A DNA stretch of 64,000 nt from Negaprion brevirostris (lineage: Eukaryota), in the NCBI GenBank assembly GCA_030324005.1, contig JARDVH010000128.1:33733667-33797666 (forward strand), given 5' to 3'. Positions within the stretch are counted from its first letter, which is position 1; every line of letters begins with the position of its first letter. Below are positions 40,703 through 54,257 of this stretch, piece by piece. The notes beneath the pieces are model-generated. The model did not search any database and was not told the DNA's origin. It worked only from the letters and a program-made list of their open reading frames with translations. The position numbers and the translations under genes are program-made.

Positions 40703-42445
40703 CGTATGACTCCAATCATTGGAGAGTTTTCCCCCAGTTCCCATTAAATTCAGTTTCATGAAGTTTCCAACATGCCACACTGGTGAAACACTGTCTTTAT
40801 GTCTAGGGCAATTACCTTCATCTCACTTGTGAATTCAGCTCTTTTATCCATGCTTAAATCAAGGCTGTAATGAGATCAGGAACCAAATGCCCCAGGGAAC
40901 TTCACTGAACACTGGTGACAGGTTATTGCTGATGACTGAGAGCAGACTGATGAGGTGGCAACAGGCGAGATTGGAATTCACAGAATCATTATAATGCAGA
41001 AGGAAGCCATTTGGCCAATCATGTCTGCACCACCTCTCTAAACAATCATGGATTAGAGCCACTTCCCTGCCTTTTCTCCAACACACATTGTCTTGCTTTG
41101 TGATTGGACATATGTGAGCAACTTTCCACATTGCTGAGTAGATGCTAGTGTTGTAGCTGTCCCAGTATAGCTTGGATGTGGTGCCCTTGTAATAAAAAAA
41201 GTGTTGCATTACTAGAAATAAATTTTCTCCTTTTTAAATCTAATCAGCAAACAGATAAATAGGAAAGGAATTGGGATTCTACCCATTGTGGACATTTGCA
41301 TTTAATGCATGGGGAAAGACTCGCCATCTGCAGTCCTGCAAGAGCTAGGGGAGATGAACTCCAGTCAACATGGCGGGCTATCAGTAGATCTATATTCACT
41401 TTTATATTCTTTGCTATCATCTAGCTGGATTTCTTGCAGAAGAGGAAGATGAAGCAGAAAAATAAAAAAAAGGTGTAGACAGAATGAAGCACAGGGTATA
41501 CAAAAGTGCAAGAGAGAGTGATTTCACTGTTGTAGAATTCACAAACCAACTAAAATTCACTGAATGGCTTATAGGTGACCACTTGGAATAGATAATGGAA
41601 AATTGGAGACAAGAGGCAAGAATCTGTGCCTTCAGGAGCAAAAGGGAAGGGCAGGAAATTGGCAAAATAGAATCAGCTTTTTCCAAGTTATATTGTGTAA
41701 ATTTTAATAGTTCTTGGTCTGCATTGATGTCTCCTTATTCAGAATTTTTTTTAAGCTGATAAAAATAGTGAACAAAAATCACGATTGCCTGTCTCTACTT
41801 GAATACTTATACCTATTGATTTTATCTAGAACTGGAAAATTTCAACTAACCCTGTCTACTACTAAATACATTTGCAGCTAGATGAACCATCGAAGTCAGC
41901 TACATCATAAAGCCATCCATAAAAAAAGTGTTTCAACAAGTAAACATTTAATTGCAATTTAAAAGACTATGAACACATCATAACTCTTACCCTAAAACAA
42001 TTTCGTGTGTAATATTGATTTTTGTTCCTCACTACAAGCACTCCAATGGAAAATGTGCTACATACTACATTGCTTACTTTTTCAAGCTACTGTGATGTTA
42101 ATATGCAATTGTGTTTTTGAAGTTTGATAAAGATTCAAAATGGTGATTGAATAACTTACTAATTAATTTGAAGAGCAGACTCAATAACCAGGGCAACATT
42201 TCTTTTCTAACCTATACCACAAAGCTGAAATTAACTGGTTGTTCATCACAACATTATTTGAAGGATCTGTCAAAATGGTCTTTGGGTTTACCTGCATCAT
42301 AGCACTTTCATGTTAAAGTAAACTGACTTTACATGAAACACCAACATGTTCCTAACATAACAAAACTCATTGTTGTATCTCCCAGAAAAATAAGTTTTAT
42401 GTGAACTGAAATACAAAATGCACCCATTGGTTCAATGCATCTTAC

Positions 42446-42532
42446 CTAGCTCTTTGGAGACCGGTGACTGAGAACTCAACTCTCCCAATTTTGAAATGCC
42501 ATCAAAGTATATCTTGCCTGCAGCCACCATAG
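42446..42532 (-). CDS. BAIAP2L1: BAIAP2L1 coding exon 3 (87 nt)
   Basis: tttaacag|CTATGGTG...GAGCTAG|gtaag gives (A)MVAAGKIYFDGISKLGELSSQSPVSKEL(G), compared with IRTKS [30 protein letters not shown]. Phase 1 to 1, in frame with its neighbours. Not in the ORF track. Confidence 0.95.
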
Positions 42533-42774
42533 CTGTTAAAATAAGCAGAAAATAATATTTGGACGAAGTGTAGTTACTTATTTAAAACACAGCCAGTTAC
42601 AATATTCTTTCGTTCCGACAGAAAACACCAAGTACCTGTGAATCAAAACTGGAATCGTAGCAAATAAAGACCATTATCCTATTGAGCTAGCTCATTTTGT
42701 AAAATTATTGCATCTGCCACGTTACTGGTGACACATTTTACACCATTTTTTACTTTGCCACATTNNNNNNNNNN

Positions 42775-42871
42775 TTGCAAGTGAATCAAGGTTGCAAGAG
42801 AATCAAGGTTGCAAGTGAATCAAGGTTGCAAGTGAATCAAGGTTGCAAGTGAATCAAGGTTGCAAGTGAAT
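42775..42871. repeat. 17-bp minisatellite (ttgcaagtgaatcaagg), at least 5.7 copies, abutting a gap
   Basis: Head-to-tail units with one variant (ttgcaagagaatcaagg) and no spacers. Confidence 0.95.
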
Positions 42872-44994
42872 GTTGCTCAAAATGGATAATAAAACCAGCT
42901 CTGATGACCAGTTTAGAATATGATTTAAAAAAAAGTATTTCACTGGAGCTGCTTATGTGTGGTACAAACTCTTGTTGTACTTTTATGAGTTTTTCTGAAG
43001 GCTTTTGGTCATTGGCCCTAATATCTCCATATGTGGCTCAGTAAAGTTTTATTCAAAAATGCTCCAGCTTAGTGCTTTGGAATGTTTTAGGTTAACAGGT
43101 GACATAGTTGCTGTAGTATCATGTTTGCACTATTTGCATTTTTTCTTTTTGTACCTAAATAATAGCATGGTATATTATCAACTCAAGAATCAGAGTTTCA
43201 AAGGTTTTGTTTTCTGAGTTCAAAGTTTAAATGTTTTCTTGAATGATTGCTGTTCTGTAGAAATAGAAAACCAGTTAATGCAATACTTTAAACTAAAACT
43301 AAAATGTCTTCTTTCTTTTTAAATTATGCAATTATCACCCTTTTCAATCACACAAATTAATAATGTAACACACCCATCAGATTATCTGGAAGTAAAATGA
43401 AACATAAATTGATAAAGATCAGTGCAAATTCCTTTGATCAAGGCATGTTCTCATTAAATCCATTCAGAACGTATTTTAAGAAATGCAAAAAGGAAGCATC
43501 AGTTTTTATGGGCTGGGTTCCTTTTTAGGCCAACTGGGACTATAATAATTATTGTCCAAGAATTTATAAGAGTTTAAACAAGAGTTTGTAACAGTGTGGT
43601 GTAATCTGGAGGCTGCAGACTTAATTGGGCAGTTTCCCTATGGACTAATAATATTGGTAAGAAGTATTATGAAAGAAATTTAAATTTAAACCCTTCTAAA
43701 AATTTCAATCCTTAAAGTATGCCATGTTTATTTAAATTAACTGCAGTTTTCTAATTTTGTCCAACAATGACAGTATCAGACCTAGTTGGAAATTTTTTAA
43801 AACATTTGCCCTAGGTTTCTACTGCAGCCCAATTATAACTGGGGAGGGACCTTTCAAACATTAGCAAGATAAACTCCTGAAAACAAGTACAAGAATGAAA
43901 ATTTCTTCCTTGGCAACAACCAGACCAGAAAGAATAGTTTACATCTCCTTCAACCATGAGAAATGTTAGCTTCTTTCAAGTACAAGCAAATAGGATCACA
44001 CATTCCTTGAACTGATAACTGCATGGTTTCAATGCTGTGTAGAAGTCCATTTCTGTTTTCAGTTGTAGAATACACCATCTATCTGATGTTAAGGATCCTA
44101 TCTGGCACCTTCAATGGAAGGGGGAAATGAGTCAACAACATATTCACTTGCACCTTTCTGCAAGGAATCTGGACGAGCCCACATTCACATCCAAGTCACA
44201 GTTGCTCTCTTTGTAATTTTTATGCTGCAAATTACTTCTGGTGAGCTGCCTCTATCTCTTTTGGAACATGAAATAAATTTCAGATCCTGTGACACTAGTC
44301 AGTACAGTAGCCCAGTCTGAGTGAATAAATGACCAATCTCCATGATTTTCTGGGTGCAATTACACTGCGAGTTTTATGTTGATGCGAAGCGGTCTCAGGT
44401 TTGTATCAAAGCTAAACCTGTACTATGTAAATTGGGTATTAAAGTTTGAACTGACACTGAAATGAAAATCTAAAGAGTCTCATTTCATTTTGTTCCAGTA
44501 TGAGTCAAGCCCTGGCTCTTGATTCAAACTAAGTTTATATTATAACTGTAAAACTGATGCAAAGTAAAACGGCCACAGTTGTAGCATAAATGCACCATTG
44601 ATAACTTTCCAATTCAGTACTAAAATCCAGTCTAAGTCACTAGAACTGGAACGAAACCACAATTACCAAAGAGTGAAGTTTTTCACTCAATGTAAATATA
44701 ATTAAATTTGTCATGGAAGCAAGGCAAGGCTGTATGATCTACTTTTCTTCTTAATAAAATGCCACCATTCTGTCAAAATTCACAAAATCAAGTTCAGTCC
44801 CAGATAATTTACTGAGTTAAAACACGTTACATTAATAAATTTTAGTTAACCCAGATTTTCAAGATTTGAGAATAAATACACGTTAGACTACTTGTACTGA
44901 CCACCTGCCAAAACAAAGTCTTGTCAAAGAACTATAAGACCATATAAATATCTTGGTCAGGTCTCAAAATATCTTGTTCAGATTTGGTCTCTCC

Positions 44995-45917
44995 ACATAA
45001 AGGTAGAAAATAGGAGCAAGAGGAAGCCACTCAACCCTTTGTGCATGCTCCACCATCCATAACCTGATCCAGCTTCTCCCCTATATCCTTTGATTCCCTT
45101 TGCCCAACATCTGTTTCTTTAATATAATGTTTTGGCCTCAACTACTTTGATAGTGAACTTCACAGGTTGCCCACTGTCCAGGTGAAGAAATTTCTTCTCA
45201 TCTCCATCTAAACAGTCTACCCCATATTGTCAGAGTGTGACCCCTGACCACTATTGGAAACATCCTTCTTGCTGCTACCTTGTCTAGTCCTGTTAGAACT
45301 TTACAGGTTTTTACAAGACTCCTGTTATTCTTCTGAGCTCCAGCCAGTATAATCCTAACCGACTCAATCTCTCCTCATACGTCAGTCCAACCATTGCAGA
45401 AATTAGTCCGGTAAAGCTTCTCTGAACTCCCTCTAGAGCAACAGCATCCTTCCTCAGATAAGGAGACCAAAACTGCATTCAATATTCCAGGTAAGGCCTC
45501 ATCAAGGCCCTGTATAATTGCAGCAAGGTATGCCTACTCCTGCACTTGAATCTTCTCACTACGAAAGCCAACATATTATTTGCGTTTTTACTGTCTGCTG
45601 CATCTGCATGACACCCAGATCTTGTTACACATTTCCTTCTCCTAATTTATGGCTATTTTAGTTTAAACCCTCCCCACCACTCTAGCAAATACTCCCCTTA
45701 GGGCATCAGTCCTGGTTCTGCCAAGTGTAATCCGTCCAGTTTGTACTGGCCCCACCTCCCCCAGAACTGAACCCAATGCCCTAGGAATCTGAAATTCTCC
45801 CCCTCACACCATCTCATCAGACACTTATTCATCTGATATATCCTGCTATTTCTACTCTAGCACTAGGACTACGACTAGCACTGGTAGTAATCGTGAAATC
45901 ATTATCTTTGAGGTCTG
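44995..45917 (-). mobile_element. CR1/HER1 LINE remnant: ORF1 esterase segment fused to the 3' end
   Basis: The minus strand of 45660-45915 gives RNSRIYQMNKCLMRWCEGENFRFLGHWVQFWGRWGQYKLDGLHL (CR1 ORF1 SGNH-like). 45000-45600 is the ORF2 end plus UTR. Confidence 0.75.
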
Positions 45918-46139
45918 GTGAGTAAAAGCCAGCCAGGCTTTGGAAAATTATACATTGGAGGGCCACAAAACTCATTCCCAATTGGAGGCATTAGGGACTC
46001 CAAACTTCAGAGAAACAGAATTAGGGGGTGATCTGATCAAGGTTTTCAAGAGTTTGAAGGAAATAAATTATGTTTGGAGTAAGAAAGAAAGCATGTATAG
46101 TGTTTTTCTCAGTTAGTGGATATCTTAAAGTATATCAAA

Positions 46140-46500
46140 GGTAATTACCTTTGAAATGTAGGAAATGCAGCTGTCAACTTGCACAGAAAGCTTTCACAAT
46201 AATATTGTGATAACAACAGATAATCAGTTTTAGTGATATTAATTGGGAGATAGATATTGGTCAGGACACCAGGAATAATTCCTCTGCTCTCCTTCAAAAT
46301 CACATCTTGGGATCTTTTATGCCACCTCAGGGAACAGACAGGCCCTTAGTTTAACATCTGAACAGAAAGACAGCACTTCCAGTATTACAACACTCCCTCA
46401 GTATGGCGTTGAACTACCTGCCTGAGCTTCAGTGCTCAAGTTCTGGAATAGGACTTGAACCCACAATGTTGTGTCAGAGGCAAAAGTGCCATCAGTTGAA
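46140..46500 (-). mobile_element. Deu-domain SINE copy
   Basis: tattggtcaggacaccagg...gggatcttttatgccacctcaggg...gaaagacagcacttcc...ggacttgaacccac (B box on the minus strand). Confidence 0.7.
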
Positions 46501-46939
46501 CTAAAGGTAAATAGTTTGCTCCAGCTGAATAAGGGGTCACAATTTGAAGTTATTTAGAGTCAGATTCTAGGTTAGACACCAGGAGATGTTTTCCCAAAAA
46601 ATAGTGGACCTCTGGAACAGGCTGCCAGCTTTTGTGACAGACACTGAAGATCTGAATTCAATCAAGTGAGAATTGGACCTACTTCTAGCTGGGGCAAAGA
46701 TCACCTTGTATTAAAGGTCAATACTGCATAGTATTATCTCTATGAGTGTGATCTCTTTGGCAAGGTTTGATCGCTTAAGCAGCTTTTTCCAAATTTCACC
46801 CTACCCACAAAAACAAAATCTTGTTTTTCACCACTCCCAATCACATGACTGTGGTTGGAACAGGAATATGTATTGTGATGGACAATGCATCACAATGTGG
46901 CAAATTAAGAATGTCAGAACATGTAAAATTGGCACTATT

Positions 46940-47620
46940 GATAGGAATTGGCATTTTATCTAAATGTTGAGAGACTGCACAACTTGAGATGCTGAGGGAT
47001 TGGGTGGCCTAGTGCATGAATCACAAAAGGCTGTAGGATGTAGGTACAGCAAAGAATTAAAAAAGCGAATAGAATCTTATTTTTTGTGTGGGGAATTTAA
47101 TACAAAAGAAACGAGGTTATGCTTCAGTTATACAGGGCATTATTTAGACTATATCTGAAGCACGGTGAGCAGTATTGGTCTCCTTACTTACAGAAATAAT
47201 TCCTGGAATGGGCAGGTTGTCTTACAGAGGAAAGGTTGGACCAGCTACACTTATATTCACTGGAGTTTAGAGGAGTAAAAGATGATTTGTTTAAAGCATA
47301 TAAGATCCTGAGGGGTCTTGACAGAATGGTTGTGGAAAGGATATTTCCTCCTGTGGAAGAATCTAGGCCACTGTTTAAAAGCAAAGGGGCACCCATTTAA
47401 AACAGAGCAGAGAAGAATTTTTTCTTCTTAGAATCTTTGGAACTCTTTTCCTCAAAAGTGGCAGAAGCAGAGTCTTTGAACATTCTTAAGGCAAAGATAG
47501 ATAGATTCTTGAGAAGCAAGGGGGTGAAGAAAGGCAAGAATGTGAAATTGAGGTTACAATCAGATCAGCCGTCATTTTATTGAATAGCACAGGTGGTGAC
47601 AGGCCAAGAGCTTACTCTTG
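46940..47620 (+). mobile_element. CR1/HER1 LINE 3' fragment
   Basis: cagttatacagggcattatttagac...cagtattggtctccttactta...taagatcctgaggggtcttgacag, the ORF2 C-terminal pattern. Confidence 0.75.
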
Positions 47621-47968
47621 ATCAGTAGGTGCGTACGTGTGTGGGGGACAGGCTGAATGAATCAGTGGATCTCTTTCTGCCAGTCATAGTTTTTCTGCTT
47701 GTAAAATGGAATAAAAAGGCCAAACTGCTTTAGTTAGCTTGAAACTCAAAGGATAGAATCCTAAACTAGGTAAAAACGTAACACTGAATTAAAAAAATGT
47801 TTCTTGGATAGGATTTCCCAACTGACTAAATCCAAGTAGAGTTATGATATATGTGAAGACAATCCAGATAGATATACACAAAATAATAGATGCTGTTGTA
47901 CAAATTTAATGCATACGTCACCCTGCAGTCTTTGTATAGGCAATATACTGTTAAATAGTGCAGTTACA

Positions 47969-48306
47969 TCATAGAAACCTTAGTGCAGATGGAGGCCATT
48001 TGGCCCATCGAATCTGCACCGACCACAATCCCACCCAGGCCTCACCCCGATATCCCTATGTATTTACCTGCTAATCCCTCTAACCTGTGCATCTCATGTC
48101 TCTAAGGGGCAATTTTTAGCACGGCCAATCAACCTAACCTGCACATCTTTGGACTGTGGTAGGAAACCAGAGCACCTGGAGAAAACCCACACAGACACGA
48201 GGAGTGTGTGCAAACTCCACACAGACAGTGGCCCAAGCCAGGAATCGAACCAAGGTTCCTGCAGCTGTGAAGCAGCAGTGCTAGCCACTGTGCTACTGTG
48301 CCGCCC
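47969..48306 (-). mobile_element. Full-length HE1-type tRNA SINE
   Basis: Head gggcggcacagtagcacagtggctagcactgctgcttcacagc...ggttcgattcc (A and B boxes), conserved body, CR1-like tail. Confidence 0.9.
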
Positions 48307-48662
48307 ATGTACACACAACCAAGAGAATTTCTCACATGTATCTCTAATTCACTGGCCACCTGAATGGAGAGGCTGTGTTATTCCTTTCAGACTATAAAAG
48401 GACATGAGTGAGGGCATTACTGGTAAGTCCAGCATTTGTTGCCTGTTCCATAATCACCCTTGAACTAAATGTAGGAAACTATGTAGGAATGATGAACACA
48501 GGCTAGGATTACACAATCAACAGCAGTAAATTTTACATTGGATATTGGACACGGTGATGCAAATTACTAGGGTAGAAGGTACTCTATGCATAAGGATAGG
48601 CAACAGGAAATGCAAATGACAAAATTTAGTAATTCCAAAATAAGTGTATCAGAAAGAGATGT

Positions 48663-51370
48663 GGGGTGAAATTTTCTGAAAGTCAATTTTGGTACAAACA
48701 TCAGAGTCAGTGTGATGGCATAGACAGATAGGAGTCAGATATGAGCAGTATCTGAACAGAATCACAGACCATTCCTCACTGCAGTCATCATCATCCTCCT
48801 GCATCAACCAGCTAGCAGGCACTCAAGGACTCCACTCCCCTGCTCTAGCACCTTGATATTTGGTATGTTGGAGGGGGTGCTCATGCTACTGGATAGTGAG
48901 CCAGCCCTCTTCCACGGTGTGAGGTGATGAGCATCCTGTCCATGCATACTCTCACCTCTGCCTGACCTGAATTCTCTGGATCCTGAATGGGTTCTTGTTG
49001 GTAGCCTCCTATATGTTCTCCTCATCCGAGGACACTTGTTGCTCCTCGAGGTCTTCCTCGGGAAGGTCATCACCCTGCTACAGAGATAGCTTGTGGAGCA
49101 CACATCAGATTATGATGATGATGCAGGAGATCCTCTGAGGGCTGTATATGAAATGCCCCACCAGACCTGTCAAGATAGCAGAGTTGCATCATTAACAGGC
49201 TGATGCACTGCTCAATGACAGATTAAGCCTCANNNNNNNNNNNNNNNNNNNNNNNNNNNNNNNNNNNNNNNNNNNNNNNNNNNNNNNNNNNNNNNNNNNN
49301 NNNNNNNNNNNNNNNNNNNNNNNNNNNNNNNNCCTCACCTCTGCTGCACTCATGGCCCTCCACAGTGGCATCATCAGCCACAACGTGAGGGCATATCCCT
49401 TGTCCCTACTGAGCCACCCCTGAGGCCTGGATGCCCCTTTAAAATTCTAGGGAACTAGCTGATGACGTAGATGTAGATGTCATGCACGCTTCCTGGAAAA
49501 CAGTCACACTAGCGGCACATCACAGCCACGTGACCCCCTTGATGCCCTGGGGCAAGGGCAGCGACAAGGGCAGCCAATTGCCGTATGCATCTGTGGCAGA
49601 CCAGTTATGTTCGCGAAGCCCATGGCCCTTTTGTCTTGCCGGGTCTGGTCAGGTCAAATGTATCTACTTCAGAATCCCAGTATGAAGTAGATCCATGACT
49701 TCACAATGCACTTATGAACAAATGCCTGTGATATTCCACACAAGTCACTTGTGGAGCCATGGAAGAACCCATTGTGTAGAGGTTTAGGGCTGCCATGACC
49801 TTCATGGCCACAGAGGGTAAGTCTCTCCCACCATGTGAGGTAGAGTGCTCGAAGGCACATGTTGCCTGACAGCTCCACAAAGAACACAAGTCCTGTAGAC
49901 CTTTGCTTTCCCTCATGCCCCTGCACAGCTGGTGCGGCCCCTGGCCCGAGACTGTCCTGTGGCATCTTGGCCTCCTTCTGCAGGGTCTTCCCTTGGTGCT
50001 GTCACACATTGCTGCTGGAATCTATGCTCTTTCAGGACAGTTATTAGTAGGTTGGCCAGCTCCACTGGCTCCATTCTGATATTAATCAGATTCCTGTGAG
50101 GAGAGAGCGAGGAGCAGCGAGAGCAAGAGGAAGAGAGAGCTCCAGCCTATGGCCTTACTCGCTTAGACTTGCCTTAAGCCTCCCATCAGGTGCTCCTCTC
50201 CCTTAGCTTCTGGGGGTGTTAACAGAAGGGTTCTATGCTCACTCATCCTGAATGACCAGAGTCAACTGGATGGTGATGTCCACCTTGGGGGGCTATTCAA
50301 TCTTGACCGGCAGGAACTTGAGTTCCAGCAATGAAGTGAGCACAGTGCTCTCAATCCCATGCAACCAAACATTAAGTCCTGAACCTCAAGTATTCTTCCC
50401 ATATTTGACTGAGACTGCGGGCAGCTGACAGTGCTCAGGGTTAACTCTTGCTGCTAATTAGTGTGACTGGCATGAATCCAAAAATGTTAGAGGGCACAAC
50501 TGCTTTACATTTCAAGGAGAGGCCGAGCTAATAGGCACCCTATTTACTCACGCTGCATCATTCAGAGATCTCATTGCTGTCATGCCTCAACACTTAAACC
50601 AACATGACTGCTGCTTCAGAGGTTAAGAAACCTCCCCTACAGAGTGCAGACCATGTTGCCCTCTATTTTGGGTTGGGTTTAATCCACCCAACCCAGATCC
50701 TCAACTCTCATCACACTCTGCTCAATACCTCATGTGCCTGCAGCCACCCCTACTTGATACTCTCATGTTATAGACTGCAAACTTACATAGCACTAAAAAT
50801 TCACAAGCAATGCAGACAACAGACTTACACAGTACTAAAAGCTCACTTATAAAGCGCAGACAGCGGACTTCAGGAGCACCCACACCAACCATGATCCCCA
50901 CGCTGCCTCACAAATACAGCATTATGCCCCAGAAGCTGCACTCCGCTTCCTCTCACACCCCCTGATTCCTCTCTCAAGTCATAACCCCAATCTCCCCCAC
51001 CCCCATCCTCCCAAAAAATCTCTGACCACCCCCCTCTTCGGAGCTGGCCAGTGGGCACTGTCTTGTTGGACTTCCTGGTGCTCAGTGGAGACAGTGTTGC
51101 TCACCAACTTCCTCCCTCAGAAGTTATGGTACCTGGTTCCCATTTTTAAAAAGGAGAAATTTGCACCAGTGCGATGTCAAGCCTGATGTGTGGGCGGATT
51201 TGATGAGGACTGAAGATGTGAAGCCAACCATGCTAATGGATTCAAATTCACGTAAATCAAGTTCGCAACCTTCAGGGATGGCTCAAAAATCATGCTCAGA
51301 AATCTCACTGGCGCAAATCACATTTTTAGCCTCTCACGAGATTGAGCAGTCATGATGGAATTTGCGCCCG
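48663..51370 (-). mobile_element. Decayed PIF/Harbinger DNA transposon
   Basis: Contains the transposase relic listed below. Candidate degenerate TIRs are ggggtgaaatttt and (reverse complement) gggcgcaaattcc. Outer limits are uncertain. Confidence 0.6.
49040..49900 (-). pseudogene. Harbinger (HARBI1-like) DDE transposase pseudogene
   Basis: Ordered motifs across frameshifts: LPSVAMKVMAALNLYTMGS, STSDLCGISQAFVHKCI, FPGSVHDIYI, GWLSRDKGYALTLWLMMP...AEVR, CYLDRSGGA. Confidence 0.85.
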
Positions 51371-52194
51371 CAGCTAACGTGGCCACTAAATCTTGTCCAC
51401 GATTTGTGTCACAATTAACTGGACTTTTATAACAAGAGAAATTCCATTTGACCACTTCCAAAATGCAGCCTAGCTCATTAATTGAATTTACTAGTACTGG
51501 TACCACTATTAGCTTCTTTGCTGGAACAATTGTTCATTGTTACCTCATCCTGTTCACCGGAATGACTCAATCCAAACTAATGTTACAAGACTGTCCGGAA
51601 AGAATTCAGATTCTTTGTCTCTTCAGAAACCATGCCCCAAGGTGTTGGTGACCATGGACTTCATGTGTAAGGTCACAGTTATGCTTGGCAAGATACTGCA
51701 GTGCTTTGCCATTGCTTTCTGCAGATTCTGGCTGATCAAAAGATTCTCCTTACTCCATGCTACGCACATTAGGAGGATATACAGGTTGATAATTAATACG
51801 TTTGGCCACATTATGAATGCAGTCTTTTTTGCAATCAATTTCTGTGGTGAGCCTTGAATCTGGAACTTCTGGCTCTGAGGTAGGGATGTTATTTGCAACA
51901 CCACAGGACCCTCAGATTTCTGATTAACTAGGATAAATATCACCGATCTAAAAGACGGAAAATTATTACACAAGTCCCAAGTACTGTTTAAATCCAAGTG
52001 ATAAGATTATCGGCAAATGCATGTCCACTTTTATTAAACTTTAATATTTTTGAATAAAAATTATTATACCAATGCAGACATGCCAAATTGATTTTATGAC
52101 TTTTCCAGGACAATGAGGGCTTCTGCACCTGTTTTCCCTCAGTATTTAAAACTGGGAACACAACATGCATTGGGAACATACTGCCTCAAATAAT

Positions 52195-52550
52195 AAAAGA
52201 TTATAAGATTGTGAGGGAAATGGACAGAGTGGATAAGGAGCAGCTGTTCCCCTTAGCCAAAGAGTCAGTCACGAGGGGACATAGGTTCAAGTTGAGGGGC
52301 TGTAAATGTAGTGAAGATCAGGGTAAATCTTTTAACTCAGAGGGTGGTGACAGTCTGAAATGCCCTGCCTGGCAGGGTGGTAGAGGCATCCTTTAAAAAG
52401 TATCTGGATAAGTACTTGGCACATCACAACATTCAGGGCTATGGGCCAAATGCTGGCAGATGGGATTAGGTAGGAGTTCAGGTGTTGCTAATGTGTCAGT
52501 GCAGATTCGATGGACTGAAAGGCCTCTTCTGCACTGTATGAATCTATGAT
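52195..52550 (+). mobile_element. CR1/HER1 LINE 3' end
   Basis: MDRVDKEQLFPLAKESVTRGHRFKLRG, then a ggcctcttctgcactgtatgaatctatgat tail. Confidence 0.85.
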
Positions 52551-53635
52551 ACAATAATATGAGAGCACTATTTATAGCATTTTATGGTTGTTTCACTGTC
52601 ACTAAAACCAAGAAAACTGCTGTGATGTTGTGATGATATGAAAAAAACAGTGAAATGCAAATGGATGTAATGTTGTGCAACATCATAGTTCTTTCAGTAC
52701 CAATTTTGTGTGCAAACTTAATTTACAGGCAGACAAAAAGCTTATGTAAACAACAACTTCTGCAACAAGGCCAGTGTTTTATTGTAATACCACCAGGATA
52801 TAGGAACATAAGTAGTAGAGCATGTGACACCATTATTACTTAGCAGTTGAGTACAATGTCCTAATTCATAAGGAACTGAAGTACACAAATTATAAAGTAA
52901 CAACTAAAACAATATAAGCAATACATGTTCGTATTATTTAATATTTTGTTCACATGGTAAAATTACAAAAACTATTTTAAGCAGGGATTATAAATCCACG
53001 CAAGGTTAGCTGGTGACATTGAACAAAAGAATGCCAATGCTTTTCATTCATAATTCTACATAAATTATTCTTGAATTAGCTCCTCCAGTTGTGATTCCCT
53101 CTTTAAATGGAAATTTAATCAGTGGAATCAACTGCTAGCATGTGCAGGATCTTAAAAGAAGTGGCTGTAGAGGCATGCATTATAACCTTCCAAAATTCCT
53201 TACATTCTGGAAATGTTTCAGTGGTTTGGAAAATAGCAAATGTAACACATTTATTCAAGAAAGGAAAGAGACAAAATGCAGGATGTATAAACCAGTTGGA
53301 TTAACACCTGTCATAGGGAAAGTGCAAAAATCCATTATTAAGGTTACAGCAGGATTTCATAGAAAACCATAATGGAATCAGGCAGAGTCGACATGGTTTT
53401 GTGAAAGGGGAATTGTGTTTAACTAAATTATTAATGTTCCTTGAAGAAGTAATAAGCAGGGTGGATAAAGGGACACCTGTAGATGTACTTGGATTTCTAA
53501 AACACATTTGACAGTACACCACCCTGCTTCTGAGTTCCTTTTGGAAATGAGCCTCAACAGTCCATGTGTGAAATTCCATGAAAAACAATATGTCAGGGCA
53601 TGTTTCCAGTGCAAGCAAGAGATCAGTCCTGAAAT

Positions 53636-54257
53636 GGATGAATTTTCTCACCCACCAGAACAGAACATCAATCACCAGTTTGATATAGCTGACTGGGAGA
53701 CATCACAAACGTCACCATCTGACCCCTGAAAAGATCTGGGGACATAACTGTTAAACATGACAGTGATCTTGAGAGCCATGGGCATTGGACAGCCATCCAA
53801 TCATCCAGCACGTGGATGCCAGAGCTTCCCTTGAAAGCTGGATGCAAATTGGACTGATCTTTGTATGCCCTGAGGGGAACAAATCTCAGATGTCATCAGA
53901 CTGAAATGTTCTGAAAACACCAGACAAGATGCCCAATCTCCAAAGCAAACAGTGAAAATGTTCATAATACTCCAAACTGGACCCTGACCAAATGTTCAAT
54001 TTTCTTCCCACCTCAGCCTGCCTTTGTTCTTGCCCTACGGATAACAAAATGGCAAAAACGGTTTGTCTGTCTGCCCATGTTGTCATCACGCCATCCTAAA
54101 ACTTGTATGGGCAGCATAATATTCTGGTCAATTACACTTTTGATTCTCAAAACGAACTTCCCAATTGATGGCAGGCATGCATCTGATTCAGGCTAGCCCC
54201 GACATCTTATCACATGATTTCAAATGCACATCGACCTGGGCAGCGTAAAATTCTGCA
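53636..54257. mobile_element. MITE-like element nested in CR1
   Basis: Ends are ggatgaattttc and gtaaaattctgc (degenerate TIRs). CR1 sequence resumes immediately after. Confidence 0.55.

Noticed and set aside
42775-42871. Regular short repeats resembling a CRISPR array
   Set aside because: The units are contiguous with no unique spacers, there are no cas genes, and the context is a vertebrate intron.
51600-51860. KDCIHNVAKR resembling a transposase KxECxxHVxKR motif
   Set aside because: A single short degenerate motif with no supporting flanking motifs.
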